DNA of 64,000 bases. It comes from an uncultured Actinomycetota bacterium (GTDB taxonomy: Bacteria; Actinomycetota; Actinomycetes; Propionibacteriales; Propionibacteriaceae). Location: NCBI GenBank assembly GCA_963840505.1, contig CAWIZB010000018.1:73292-137291 (forward strand), read 5' to 3'. Both the position numbers and the translations under genes were made by a program. The notes under the pieces are model-generated. The model saw only the letters and a program-made list of their open reading frames with translations, did not search any database and was not told the DNA's origin. This document shows, one piece after another, positions 19,902 through 28,885 of the stretch (its first letter is position 1; every line of letters begins with the position of its first letter).

Positions 19902-20487
19902 TCATCTGATCGGGGACGCCACAATGGCATCCACCTCGGCAATGTCGATCATCGGGTGGTAGAGCGCCATGGCGTCGAGGGCGCGGCGGTGGTCCGCGTC
20001 GGTGACGCCAGCGCATGCATCGGCAGCCACAGTGACATGTACGCCGGCGTCGGCAGCCGCGAGTGCCGTGGAGAGTACGCAGCAATCGGTGGTGACGCCG
20101 GCAAGCACAATGGCATCAGGGTTGCCGAGCGCTCGGCCGGTCTCGGCGTCCCACTTGCCGAAGGTCGTCCGGTCGACCATCGTCGCCGGGATCGACACGA
20201 ACTCTTCCGTGAGCTCGTACAGCAGCGCGTTCCCGGGGTCGAGAGCAAAGGGCCACCTCTGGTAATAGCTGATCCAAGCGCCGGTCGGCTGCTCGAGCGG
20301 GAGGAACCGCGTTAGACAGACACGGGGATTCGAACGCGCCCAGCAGACGCTGAATCCCAGCAGAGGCTGACGCATAGCCCGGAGTGGCCCATTCACTACT
20401 CGGTTCAGCGAAGATTCGCTGCATATCGATGATCATCAACCAGCGGCTGACGGCATCCTCAAAGGATGCTGGCATGCTCTCGCTCAT
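19902..20487 (-). CDS. Cysteine hydrolase/isochorismatase family, frameshift at ~20325 (C-run one base long)
   Basis: LMIIDMQRIF, then FGKW, LAGVTTDCCVLSTALAAADAG. Confidence 0.85.
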
Positions 20488-21995
20488 TCGACAGCTGCCA
20501 CCTCCAGGTCGGCCTCAGCGAGTGGCTTATCCTCCTGTGCGCGTACGGTCCGGGCGCCCAGCACGAGGGTGCCGACGAACCCGATGACCAGCGCCGCGAG
20601 CACCCCGAGGTTCGCGTATGCCCAGGAACCTTCTCGACCGCCCAGCCCGAGTGGGCCGAGCAGATATCCCTGCCAAGCGAGCCAGCCCGCGAAAGAGTTG
20701 GTGACCAGTCCCCAACCGACCACGGCACCAATCAGCATCAGCACAACAGATGCGAGGCGGACGCTGCCATAGCGGCCACGAGGATCCAGCAGCTCCGAGC
20801 TCGCGTACGGCCGGCGGCGCAGCGCGAAGTCGCCGAGGAAGATGCCACACCAGGCTGCGATCAGGACGCCCAAGGTGATCAAGAAACCCTGGAACGGCCC
20901 GATGAAGGTGTCGGCGATGAACACCAGGTAGATGGATCCGGCGATCATCAAAACGCCGTCGACGGCTGCAGCGACGAATCGCGGCACCGGGAGGCCTGCG
21001 CTCAACAGTGCGAGACCGGAGGAGTAGATGTCGAGGACGGCGCCGCCGACGAGGCCGAGCACCGCGACGAGTGCGAATGGCACCAGGAACCAGGTCGGAA
21101 GCAAGGTGGTCAACGCGCCGATCGGGTCTGTTGCGACGGCTTCACTCAGCTCCTGCGACGAACCCGCGAGCATCAGCCCGAAGATCAACAGCACTACTGG
21201 ACCGAGCGATGCGCCGAAGGTGGTCCAGCCGACAACTCCGGCGCTCGAGGCATGCCGGGGCAAGTAGCGGGAATAGTCGCCTGCGGCATTGACCCATCCC
21301 AGTCCGAAGCCGGTCATCATAAACACGAAGGCACCGATCAGCTGCGGAATCGGGCCTGCCGGCAGCGCGGCGAGCGTAGCGAAGTTGATGTTGGAAGCCA
21401 CCAAGATCATGTAGATCACGGTCAGCGCGGCAGTGATCACGGTGATCCACATCTGCAGCTTCATAATGAACTCGAAACCGAGAACTCCACCAATGATGAT
21501 GAGGGCAGCCACCAGGACAAGCGCTGTGACCTTGGTGAGGAAGCCGCCGTGCCACCCCAGCCTGGTGAAGACGGTTGCGGTGGCCAATACCGCAAGTGAG
21601 GCAAGAACGGTCTCCCACCCAACCAGGAGCAGCCAGGAAATGCCCGATGGCACCCGATTGCCGTGGACACCGAACGCAGCGCGGCTCAAGGTCATCGTTG
21701 GTGCATGTCCACGCTTGCCGGACAGGGAGACCAGGCCGCAGAACAGGAAGGAGATGACGATGCCGACGACTCCAACCACGACGGCTTGGGGGAACGAGAT
21801 GCCGAAGCCGAGGAGAAAGGCTCCGTAGCTGATCCCGAGGACCGAGATGTTGGCGGCAAACCATGGCCAGAACAGCTCCCGCGGCCTGCCGCGGTGCTCA
21901 CTGACGTGAATCGAGTTGAGGCCGTTCTGCTCGACTTCCAGCGCTCGCGGAGTTGGAGCGGGGAGATCGACGGGCGTGTCGTCGGCTCGAGTCAT
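20484..21995 (-). CDS. NCS1/purine-cytosine permease family transporter
   Basis: EQNGLN..LFWPWFAANISV; about 12 TM segments; GWVNAAGDYSRYLP. Confidence 0.9.
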   Translation of the reverse strand: MTRADDTPVDLPAPTPRALEVEQNGLNSIHVSEHRGRPRELFWPWFAANISVLGISYGAFLLGFGISFPQAVVVGVVGIVISFLFCGLVSLSGKRGHAPTMTLSRAAFGVHGNRVPSGISWLLLVGWETVLASLAVLATATVFTRLGWHGGFLTKVTALVLVAALIIIGGVLGFEFIMKLQMWITVITAALTVIYMILVASNINFATLAALPAGPIPQLIGAFVFMMTGFGLGWVNAAGDYSRYLPRHASSAGVVGWTTFGASLGPVVLLIFGLMLAGSSQELSEAVATDPIGALTTLLPTWFLVPFALVAVLGLVGGAVLDIYSSGLALLSAGLPVPRFVAAAVDGVLMIAGSIYLVFIADTFIGPFQGFLITLGVLIAAWCGIFLGDFALRRRPYASSELLDPRGRYGSVRLASVVLMLIGAVVGWGLVTNSFAGWLAWQGYLLGPLGLGGREGSWAYANLGVLAALVIGFVGTLVLGARTVRAQEDKPLAEADLEVAAVE

Positions 21996-22087
21996 GGCCG
22001 CACCTTTCAAAAGAAACACTGGCACAGATCTTCCCGTATCGCCGCCCGCGAAACCTCACCCGCGAAACCTCACCGAGCCGACGGCAG

Positions 22088-23254
22088 TCAGGGTGGGCCG
22101 ACGATCAGTTCGGAGTAGTCGTCTGCGGGCCGCTCGAGAAGCGGCGCGGCGGCACCGTTGAGGTGCTTGGCAAAGAACGCGAGCAGCAGGTCGCAGGTAA
22201 TACGCCACATCCGGTCCGGTTGGATCGTGGTCGCGTCGAGTGCTGGCTTGACGATTGACGCATCTGTCACCGGCAGGAACGGCACATCCATGAAGCTGAT
22301 ATGGCTGGCGCCGCTGACCTGTACGGTGTAGCCGGGTTGGGCGCGCTGCTGGACGTTTCGCCACCCTCCGAAGGTGATCGCCTTTTCCGCCTCGAACCAC
22401 TCGACGTTGGGTGCCACGCCGGCCTTGACCGCATCCTCACTTGTCACGGCGAACTCACCATGCTCGGCCAGTATCTGGAGCGCCGGCCCGTCGAGCCCGA
22501 CCGTGCCCACGTCAGTCCACAAGGCACCGTCCAGGTTGGCCGCCGCCCGGCAACGCTGATCCGTCCGGCACAACTCCAGAGCGGCATTGCCGCCGAAGGA
22601 GTGTCCGAGCGCACCGAGCCGGGCGAGATCCAGCCGACCGGCGAAACGCTCGGTCGAATCCGTGTTGAGGTTCTCCAGCTGGTCGGCGACGGAAGCGAGG
22701 TCGGCTGTCTTGTACTCACACACCGATGCTCGCTTGCGGAAGACCTCCCCGTGTGAGCCCGCCTGCGGCCCCAGTGCCCCACCAAGGGCGGCGGGGTTCA
22801 TCGGGACGACACGGCCATCGGCGAATGCCGTCACCGTGGCCTCGTAGGTATGGTTCACACCCACGACGATGAAGCCATGGCTTGCCAGCTCCTCAGCGAT
22901 CGCGCTGAGCAGCAGCGGCGTGAAGCCGCTGGGTGAGAGCAATAGCACGGGGTATGCGGCGCTGTCAGCTGCAACCGGTGCGTCTGGTACTGCATGTGAC
23001 CGCAGGCCCGCGACGTTGAGCCCAAGGAACTCGGCGGTGGGCTCCCACGCCGAAGGAAGGTACGGCGTGAACTCGGCACCTGGTTGCGGACTCGCCGGGT
23101 ACCAAACGAACACCACCAATTCGCGGCGAGCATCGGGGTTGGCCGCGTAGATGTCGAACCGGGCATGGTCGACCCAGTCGAAGGAGACCCGGCCTACCGG
23201 GTGTGGCCCGGTGGGAACGGGCAAACCACCACCTGCGGTTCCCGGGGTCGCCAT
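22088..23254 (-). CDS. Alpha/beta hydrolase (PAF-acetylhydrolase-like)
   Basis: GHSFGG nucleophile elbow, AANLDG, HISFMD. Confidence 0.85.
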   Translation of the reverse strand: MATPGTAGGGLPVPTGPHPVGRVSFDWVDHARFDIYAANPDARRELVVFVWYPASPQPGAEFTPYLPSAWEPTAEFLGLNVAGLRSHAVPDAPVAADSAAYPVLLLSPSGFTPLLLSAIAEELASHGFIVVGVNHTYEATVTAFADGRVVPMNPAALGGALGPQAGSHGEVFRKRASVCEYKTADLASVADQLENLNTDSTERFAGRLDLARLGALGHSFGGNAALELCRTDQRCRAAANLDGALWTDVGTVGLDGPALQILAEHGEFAVTSEDAVKAGVAPNVEWFEAEKAITFGGWRNVQQRAQPGYTVQVSGASHISFMDVPFLPVTDASIVKPALDATTIQPDRMWRITCDLLLAFFAKHLNGAAAPLLERPADDYSELIVGPP

Positions 23255-23302
23255 CGGCCAAGCCTATGATTTCGGTGTCGAGGGCTGCGAGGAGGTAGTC
23301 AG

Positions 23303-24319
23303 ATGATCGACGACTCGCAACCTGCGGAGAACGCCGAGTCAAGTGATGCCGACACCGAACGCTTGAAGCCGGACGGGCCTGAGCAGACGGGCGATCGGAT
23401 CGTCGTTGGCATAGGGGACAGCGGTGCTGACCACTACCTTGCCGCGCTGCACGTGGCCGCCCGTATGAGCCGCCAGCGCGAGCTCACAATCACCCTGGTC
23501 AATGGATGTCTACCACGATTGTCCATTGCGCCGAGTGGGAGCGAGGCGTCGCAGCGCCACGTCGCGCACGGCCTGCGGCTGGTCGAGGAGGCGCGGTTAG
23601 CGCTGTCCCCGATGGTTGATCCCAGCACCCAGATCCGCCTTGCGGCCGTGCCAAAGAACGGTGTCGATGCACTGCTTCAGGAGTCGCAGGCAGCGGAGGG
23701 GCTGATCGTGCAACACCGGAGCCTGTCCACACTGGGCCGCGCTTTCAACAGCGCCACCTCTCATACGGTCGCCGCCCAGGCGGGATGTCCGGTGCTGGTG
23801 GTCAGGCATGATCAGCTTGATGCAGACGCCAAGCGCGGCATCGTGGTCGGAATCGGGCCCAACTCTGGGGGGCGGGCGCTGGCGGTTGGCGTGGTGGAGG
23901 CTACCGCGCGAAAGTGCCCGCTCATCGCCGTGCACGTCTGGGATCTGCCGTTTTCGCCCACCTACGGCGGCCGGGTTGACCCGGATGAGGAAGAGCTTGC
24001 AGAGGCGACCAGGTGGGCCGACTCCTTCCTGGCCAGGGCGGTAGCCGCCGTGGCGACGCGTCATCCTGAGGTGGAATTCCACGCCCGCACCGTCAGGGGC
24101 GTCATCGAGGACGGCCTGCTGCAGGAGTGCGAGGACGCTGAGCTGTTGATCGTCGAGCGTCACCGTGACGCTCATCTGGCTTCGATCGGACTGGGCACGC
24201 TGACGCGTCACCTGATCGACCACGCGCCATGCCCAGTCATGATCACTCCGCATAGCGAACCTGTGGGTCATTCACAGGGTACTGGCGCGACAGAATCCAA
24301 GATCACAACTGAGTCATGA
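23303..24319 (+). CDS. Universal stress protein (two USP domains)
   Basis: IVVGIGD..CPVLVV; IVVGIG..LGTLTRHLIDHAPCPVMI. Confidence 0.85.
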   Translation: MIDDSQPAENAESSDADTERLKPDGPEQTGDRIVVGIGDSGADHYLAALHVAARMSRQRELTITLVNGCLPRLSIAPSGSEASQRHVAHGLRLVEEARLALSPMVDPSTQIRLAAVPKNGVDALLQESQAAEGLIVQHRSLSTLGRAFNSATSHTVAAQAGCPVLVVRHDQLDADAKRGIVVGIGPNSGGRALAVGVVEATARKCPLIAVHVWDLPFSPTYGGRVDPDEEELAEATRWADSFLARAVAAVATRHPEVEFHARTVRGVIEDGLLQECEDAELLIVERHRDAHLASIGLGTLTRHLIDHAPCPVMITPHSEPVGHSQGTGATESKITTES

Positions 24320-24347
24320 TCTTGGCTGCTCGTCGAGGGCGAGCAGC

Positions 24348-24848
24348 TCAGCTGCTCAGCGAAACCGGACGGCCCTCGGCATCGGAGAGATCGCTGGATG
24401 CCATCTCGAGCAGCCGATCGGCGAGGTGCCTCAAGGCACGCGCCGCCGCCACCTCGTCGCCGACCGCGGGCATATCAGGATCGGCCGGGCTGCGGCGCGC
24501 CTCACCCCGGACGTCGAGCGGCGCCGGCACATCACTGTGCAGGACGGCGTTCGCAGAAGTTGAGGCTTGATCTTCGTAGAGGTAGATGTCGACTGTCCAC
24601 CTCTTCGTCGGCTGGGTACGCGATGCGGCTGAACTCTGCTGTCCGCCGGCGTCGCCGCCCTCCCGCTGGACATGCTCGACATGGGCATCCGGGCCAGGGA
24701 AAAACAGGCTCTCGTTGCCACTGTCGGACCATCGCACCAGGTACGGGCCGCCGCCATCTGATCCGGTCTGCAGGATCTCGCCGTCTCGAATCGGCCGGTG
24801 CAGCGTGCCCGAGGCCACCACGATCCGATCGCCGACCTCCGCCTTCAT
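24348..24848 (-). CDS. DUF1918 + DUF1876 fusion protein
   Basis: MKAEVGDRIVV..GEIL..PYLVRWSD..FFPGPDA; C-terminal G.ARRSPADP..PAVGDEVAAARAL..LADRL. Confidence 0.75.
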   Translation of the reverse strand: MKAEVGDRIVVASGTLHRPIRDGEILQTGSDGGGPYLVRWSDSGNESLFFPGPDAHVEHVQREGGDAGGQQSSAASRTQPTKRWTVDIYLYEDQASTSANAVLHSDVPAPLDVRGEARRSPADPDMPAVGDEVAAARALRHLADRLLEMASSDLSDAEGRPVSLSS

Positions 24849-25136
24849 CGTGTCCTCCTGAGTGTCTCTGCCGTCCGCGCAACGGGCACCGCAGTACCCA
24901 GTCGCCTGCCGCTGTGCGGACGCCGTACGGCTACTCCCAGCATTACCCATTGATGGGCTCGTGGACAGACCCCTTTGGCACGCATTTGACTACGCTGAAA
25001 ATGTGACCGGCAGGCCGAGGCTCGCGATGACAAGTGAGGTACGGTCGCCAATCGAGACTTGCGCACTGGCCATGCGGGTATCCCACTCATCGGTGACCGG
25101 TGATCGCGAACATACGTTTAGTGGCGGAGGTGGCAA

Positions 25137-25613
25137 GTGGCGAAGGTGACCGCGAGGTCGTTCCGCGTCGAGCTGCACGGCGTCGATCTGCCGGGCCGGA
25201 GCTGCGGTCCGCGGCCAGGTGGCGGCCATTACGAGGACATCCATGTCGGACTGAAGCGAGGGACCACCGCGATTGATCTCTGTCCAGGTGACGCACCGGA
25301 GGCCAAGTGGACCATGGACGTCACCGTTCGCGAGATCGAGAGCGGCCGCGACTTCGGCGGCCCGTTTGTCAGCGGGCACCGCGATGATCGACATCTCGGC
25401 CTTCGCTGGTACGGGCGGGGGCCCGACGGCCGCGTCGAGAACTTCCGGGGCGCGAAGCTACGCTTCGCCGAGGTCGACCCAGCACTCATCGACCAGGCGT
25501 TACGGACTGGGCGTCCCCTCGTCGGGCGCGTCGTGCTCACCGATGAGCAGGGCTGGCCGCGCTGCGCCCGTGTCCACCCGCCCGCGATCGCGTGGTCGAT
25601 CGGAGACGCCTGA
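25137..25613 (+). CDS. DUF5990-like hypothetical protein
   Basis: GVDLPGRSCGP..YEDIHVG; FGGPFVSG..FRGAKL; GWPRCARV.PP.I.W. Confidence 0.7.
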   Translation: MAKVTARSFRVELHGVDLPGRSCGPRPGGGHYEDIHVGLKRGTTAIDLCPGDAPEAKWTMDVTVREIESGRDFGGPFVSGHRDDRHLGLRWYGRGPDGRVENFRGAKLRFAEVDPALIDQALRTGRPLVGRVVLTDEQGWPRCARVHPPAIAWSIGDA

Positions 25614-25630
25614 CCCGCTCTGGCTGAAGG

Positions 25631-26470
25631 CTAGTCCGCCGTCGGGGAGCGAGGGTGCTGCTGCGGAATGACTGCGACCGGACAAGTGGCGCGATCAAGT
25701 ACCGCACGCGCGACCGAGCGGATCCAGCGGGTCCACTCCCGACCGCGGTACGGGGTGCCGACGACCAGCAGCTGTACGTCGGCCGACACCGAGGGCACCG
25801 CGTCGCGGGGCGCACCGGCAAGCAGCTTGGTCTCAACGTCGATGTCTGGATAGTCGGCCTTCCAGCCGGCCAGGATCTCGGCCAAGTTGAGCCTGGTGTC
25901 CTGCTCGCCTGGGACCAGCTCGGCCAACGGTGCTGAGTGCACCACTAACACTGGAGCCTGGTGCAGGCTCGCCTCGGTGAATGCGTAGCCGAGTGTGCTG
26001 GAAGAAGGATGCTGCCCATCGACCGCGACGGCTACCGGGCGACGGTCGTCGGCTCGTGGCGACCAGCCGCGGGGCACCGCTACCACGGGCTGCCGCGACA
26101 TGCTGGCGACCGACCTCGTCGTATGCCCGAACGGCATATGCCCACCGAGGGCCGGATGATCATGACCGAGCACCGTCAGCTCTGCCTGCTCAGAAAGCCG
26201 GGAGAGTAGGGACTCCGGGCTATCGATCGCGACGAGCTGATCGAGATGCATGGTCGGCGGCACCGTCAAGGTGCCAGCGATCTTGTCGAGCAGCGCCCGG
26301 TGCCTCTGAGGCCCCGCGTGGACGAGGAGCACGTCATCCTTTCGCAGCTCGGCTTCTCGGACTGCCCACTGGGCAGCCGCCTCAGCCTCGGCTGAGTTGT
26401 CCACGCCGACGATGATCAACCGGCGGCTGGACTGCTCGCCGCTTCCAGCGCGCTCACCTGCAGGGATCAT
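25631..26470 (-). CDS. Universal stress protein (two domains; start may be upstream, to 26548)
   Basis: IIVGVDNSAEAEAAAQWA; VAVAVDG..LGYAFTEA; SVARAVLDRATCPVAV. Confidence 0.85.
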   Translation of the reverse strand: MIPAGERAGSGEQSSRRLIIVGVDNSAEAEAAAQWAVREAELRKDDVLLVHAGPQRHRALLDKIAGTLTVPPTMHLDQLVAIDSPESLLSRLSEQAELTVLGHDHPALGGHMPFGHTTRSVASMSRQPVVAVPRGWSPRADDRRPVAVAVDGQHPSSSTLGYAFTEASLHQAPVLVVHSAPLAELVPGEQDTRLNLAEILAGWKADYPDIDVETKLLAGAPRDAVPSVSADVQLLVVGTPYRGREWTRWIRSVARAVLDRATCPVAVIPQQHPRSPTAD

Positions 26471-26553
26471 GAACGTGGCGTCCTCTTTCTCCACGATTCC
26501 AAGGGTGGTCAGCGTATGTGATCGATGATCATGAGCATTGGTCGTCAATCATC

Positions 26554-26567
26554 GGGACCTTGGTCCC
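26554..26567. promoter_or_regulatory. DosR/DevR-like box GGGACCTTGGTCCC
   Basis: Palindrome matching the GGGAC-N4-GTCCC core of the M. tuberculosis DosR box, upstream of a USP gene. Confidence 0.5.
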
Positions 26568-26591
26568 GGGCGGCTGGGCTTTGATCGGGCG

Positions 26592-27803
26592 CTAGCGACT
26601 CATCCGTGCCCGTACCACGGGAAGCACCAGGCCAGTGAAGCTCGCGATGGCACACAGGCTCACCGCGGTGGTGACGATGCCAAGCGGTAGCGCCGTGTGC
26701 TCACCGGCGATGCCGACGAATGGTGCCGCCACCGCGCCGAAGACGAACTGGCTGAGGCCCTGCAGGGAGGAGGCGGTACCCGCCATGTCCGGGTAGTCGG
26801 CCAGCGCCAGAGCGTTCGCCGTCGGGAAGATCAGGCCCACAGCGCTCACCATCACCGAAAGCGCTCCGATCAGCACGCCCAGCGGCAGCCCGATGATCAC
26901 CGTGGCCAGCAAGGACGTTGCACCGAGCAGATTGATGGCCAAGCCGAAGCCGAGCACGCGGGTCAGCGGCCAAACGAGGGCAAGACGGCCTCCGACCTGA
27001 GCGGCGATCACGAGGGCGAGGGAAATCGATCCGAACACGAGCGAGAAGCCCTGAGGAGACATGCCGTAAATCCGCTGCAGCACGAAGGTCGAGCCTGCGA
27101 TGTAGGCGAACATCGAGGCGCCGGCGAGGCCGGAGGAAAGCGCGCAGCCAACGAAGAAGCGGTCGTGGAGGAGGGTGTTGTAGCCGTGCAGTGTTTTGCT
27201 GAGGCCACCGACGATCCGTCGCTCTGGTGGCAGGGTCTCCTTCAGTCCCAGCCAGCCTGCAAGGAGTAGCACCGCGCCGAAGCCGGCCAGCACGCCAAAG
27301 ATGCCGCGCCAGCCCATGATCCGGCTGAGCTGCCCACCGAGGATGGGAGCGATCACCGGTGCCAGTCCCGCCACCAAGATCAAGCGGGAGAAGAAAATCA
27401 TCAGTGCACGTCCGGAATAGAGATCGCGCGCGATGGCGCGCGAGATCACCAGTCCGGCCGCGCCGGCCAGGCCTTGGACAAAACGAAGCAGCACAAGGAT
27501 TGCCGCAGAGGGCGCCAGGGCACACGCGACGGAAGCCAGGACAAAGCCAACCAGCCCGACGATCAGTGGGCGCCGCCGGCCGAGCCGGTCTGATAGTGGA
27601 CCCGCCACGAGCTGGCCAACCGCAAGACCGACCAGGCAGGCAGTGATCGACAGCTGCGCCGCGGACGCTGACGCGTCGAGGTCGTCGGCGAGCTCTGGCA
27701 GCACGGGGAGGTAGAGGTCGAGCGACAGTGGCCCGAATGTCGAGAGCAGGCCGAGCACCACAACCGTGCGCGCTGGCGGCCGGGCGGGGTCGACGGCGTG
27801 CAT
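26592..27803 (-). CDS. Bcr/CflA-family MFS drug efflux transporter
   Basis: FGPLSLDLYLP, GPLSDRLGRR (motif A), AIARDLY; 12 TM. Confidence 0.92.
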   Translation of the reverse strand: MHAVDPARPPARTVVVLGLLSTFGPLSLDLYLPVLPELADDLDASASAAQLSITACLVGLAVGQLVAGPLSDRLGRRRPLIVGLVGFVLASVACALAPSAAILVLLRFVQGLAGAAGLVISRAIARDLYSGRALMIFFSRLILVAGLAPVIAPILGGQLSRIMGWRGIFGVLAGFGAVLLLAGWLGLKETLPPERRIVGGLSKTLHGYNTLLHDRFFVGCALSSGLAGASMFAYIAGSTFVLQRIYGMSPQGFSLVFGSISLALVIAAQVGGRLALVWPLTRVLGFGLAINLLGATSLLATVIIGLPLGVLIGALSVMVSAVGLIFPTANALALADYPDMAGTASSLQGLSQFVFGAVAAPFVGIAGEHTALPLGIVTTAVSLCAIASFTGLVLPVVRARMSR

Positions 27804-27813
27804 GGGGGAACCC

Positions 27814-27978
27814 TAGTGCCCTGGAAGGGAAATCTCTTGACGCTTCGCGGCGCCCAGGCACGCACCTCGCGGCGTTCTCCTCAGTCGACATACGACCCGG
27901 TATCCCTCCCTCGTCGGCCTTGCGATGCACGCACCTGGACGTCGCCAAGCGCCAAGGAACTTCCCTTCCAGGGCACTA
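27814..27978. repeat. MITE/REP-like palindromic element, long copy
   Basis: 45-bp imperfect terminal inverted repeats (38/45 identical, first 18 perfect: TAGTGCCCTGGAAGGGAA); internal segment flanked by a 10-bp direct repeat gcacgcacct. Confidence 0.85.
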
Positions 27979-28068
27979 AGGGGTTGCGGGGTGTTGCGTT
28001 GATTCCCGCATTTCCACACGCCAGTCGCGGCCCGAACGGTGTGTCGCGGAGTTTGACTCAATCTGGCG

Positions 28069-28839
28069 TCAGGTTTTGCGGGTTTGAAGCTCGTTCGCGT
28101 GCTTCGCATCCCGAACTCGGAGCCATGCAGCAAGATCGGGAGCGACGGTCTGATCGACAACATCGAGCGGCGTCTTCTCGTCCCATCCGATCCAGTTGAT
28201 CTCCGCGCCTCGCTCCAACAGGTACTCGGCCGTATCGCGCTGGCCACCGTGGCAGGCACTCCAGAACGCTTGAGTGATCATCTGAGGATCTGGACCAGAC
28301 CCATCAGCGAAGAAGGCCTCGACTCGGTCCAGCAGCCCGAGGGCAGCCGCATCGCTCAAGCGGGTACGCGCACCTCGCTCGACGAGTCTCCTGGCCGCGG
28401 CCCAGTTGCCGAAGCCACAGGCGTCGGCGAGCGCGCTTCCGCCGCCCAGGACAGCCCCAGTCGCCTCGACGTCGGCTCCGGCATCGAGCAGCGCATCGAG
28501 CACCGCGACGTCATCGCTGCTCGCGGCCCAGTGCAGCGGCGTTTCGGTGTGTGAGCTGAACCGGCTGTGTGCGTTCACATCGGCGCCCGCGGCGACCAGA
28601 CGCTCCACGACCGCCGGACCGTTGGGAAAGTGCCCGGGCCAGTCAGTTGCTGCATGCAGCAGCGTCCGGTAGCAGTCCTCGTTGCCAATCCGAGCCCTGG
28701 CCAGCGACGGGTCGGCAGTGAGCAGCCGGTCGAGCTCAGGGAGGTCGCCAGCCTGTATGGCCACCGTGGCTGCGACGGCACGCGGATCATCGGCGGGTAC
28801 CACGGGTATCGAGTCACCCTCACCCGGAAAGGCGGTCAT
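28069..28839 (-). CDS. Ankyrin-repeat protein
   Basis: RTLLHAATDWPGH, ETPLHWAASSDDV..LLDAGAD, KTPLD. Confidence 0.88.
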   Translation of the reverse strand: MTAFPGEGDSIPVVPADDPRAVAATVAIQAGDLPELDRLLTADPSLARARIGNEDCYRTLLHAATDWPGHFPNGPAVVERLVAAGADVNAHSRFSSHTETPLHWAASSDDVAVLDALLDAGADVEATGAVLGGGSALADACGFGNWAAARRLVERGARTRLSDAAALGLLDRVEAFFADGSGPDPQMITQAFWSACHGGQRDTAEYLLERGAEINWIGWDEKTPLDVVDQTVAPDLAAWLRVRDAKHANELQTRKT

Positions 28840-28885
28840 GGCGGCCAAACTACCTCCGGTCCCAGGGTGGCATCCTGTGAAGGAC

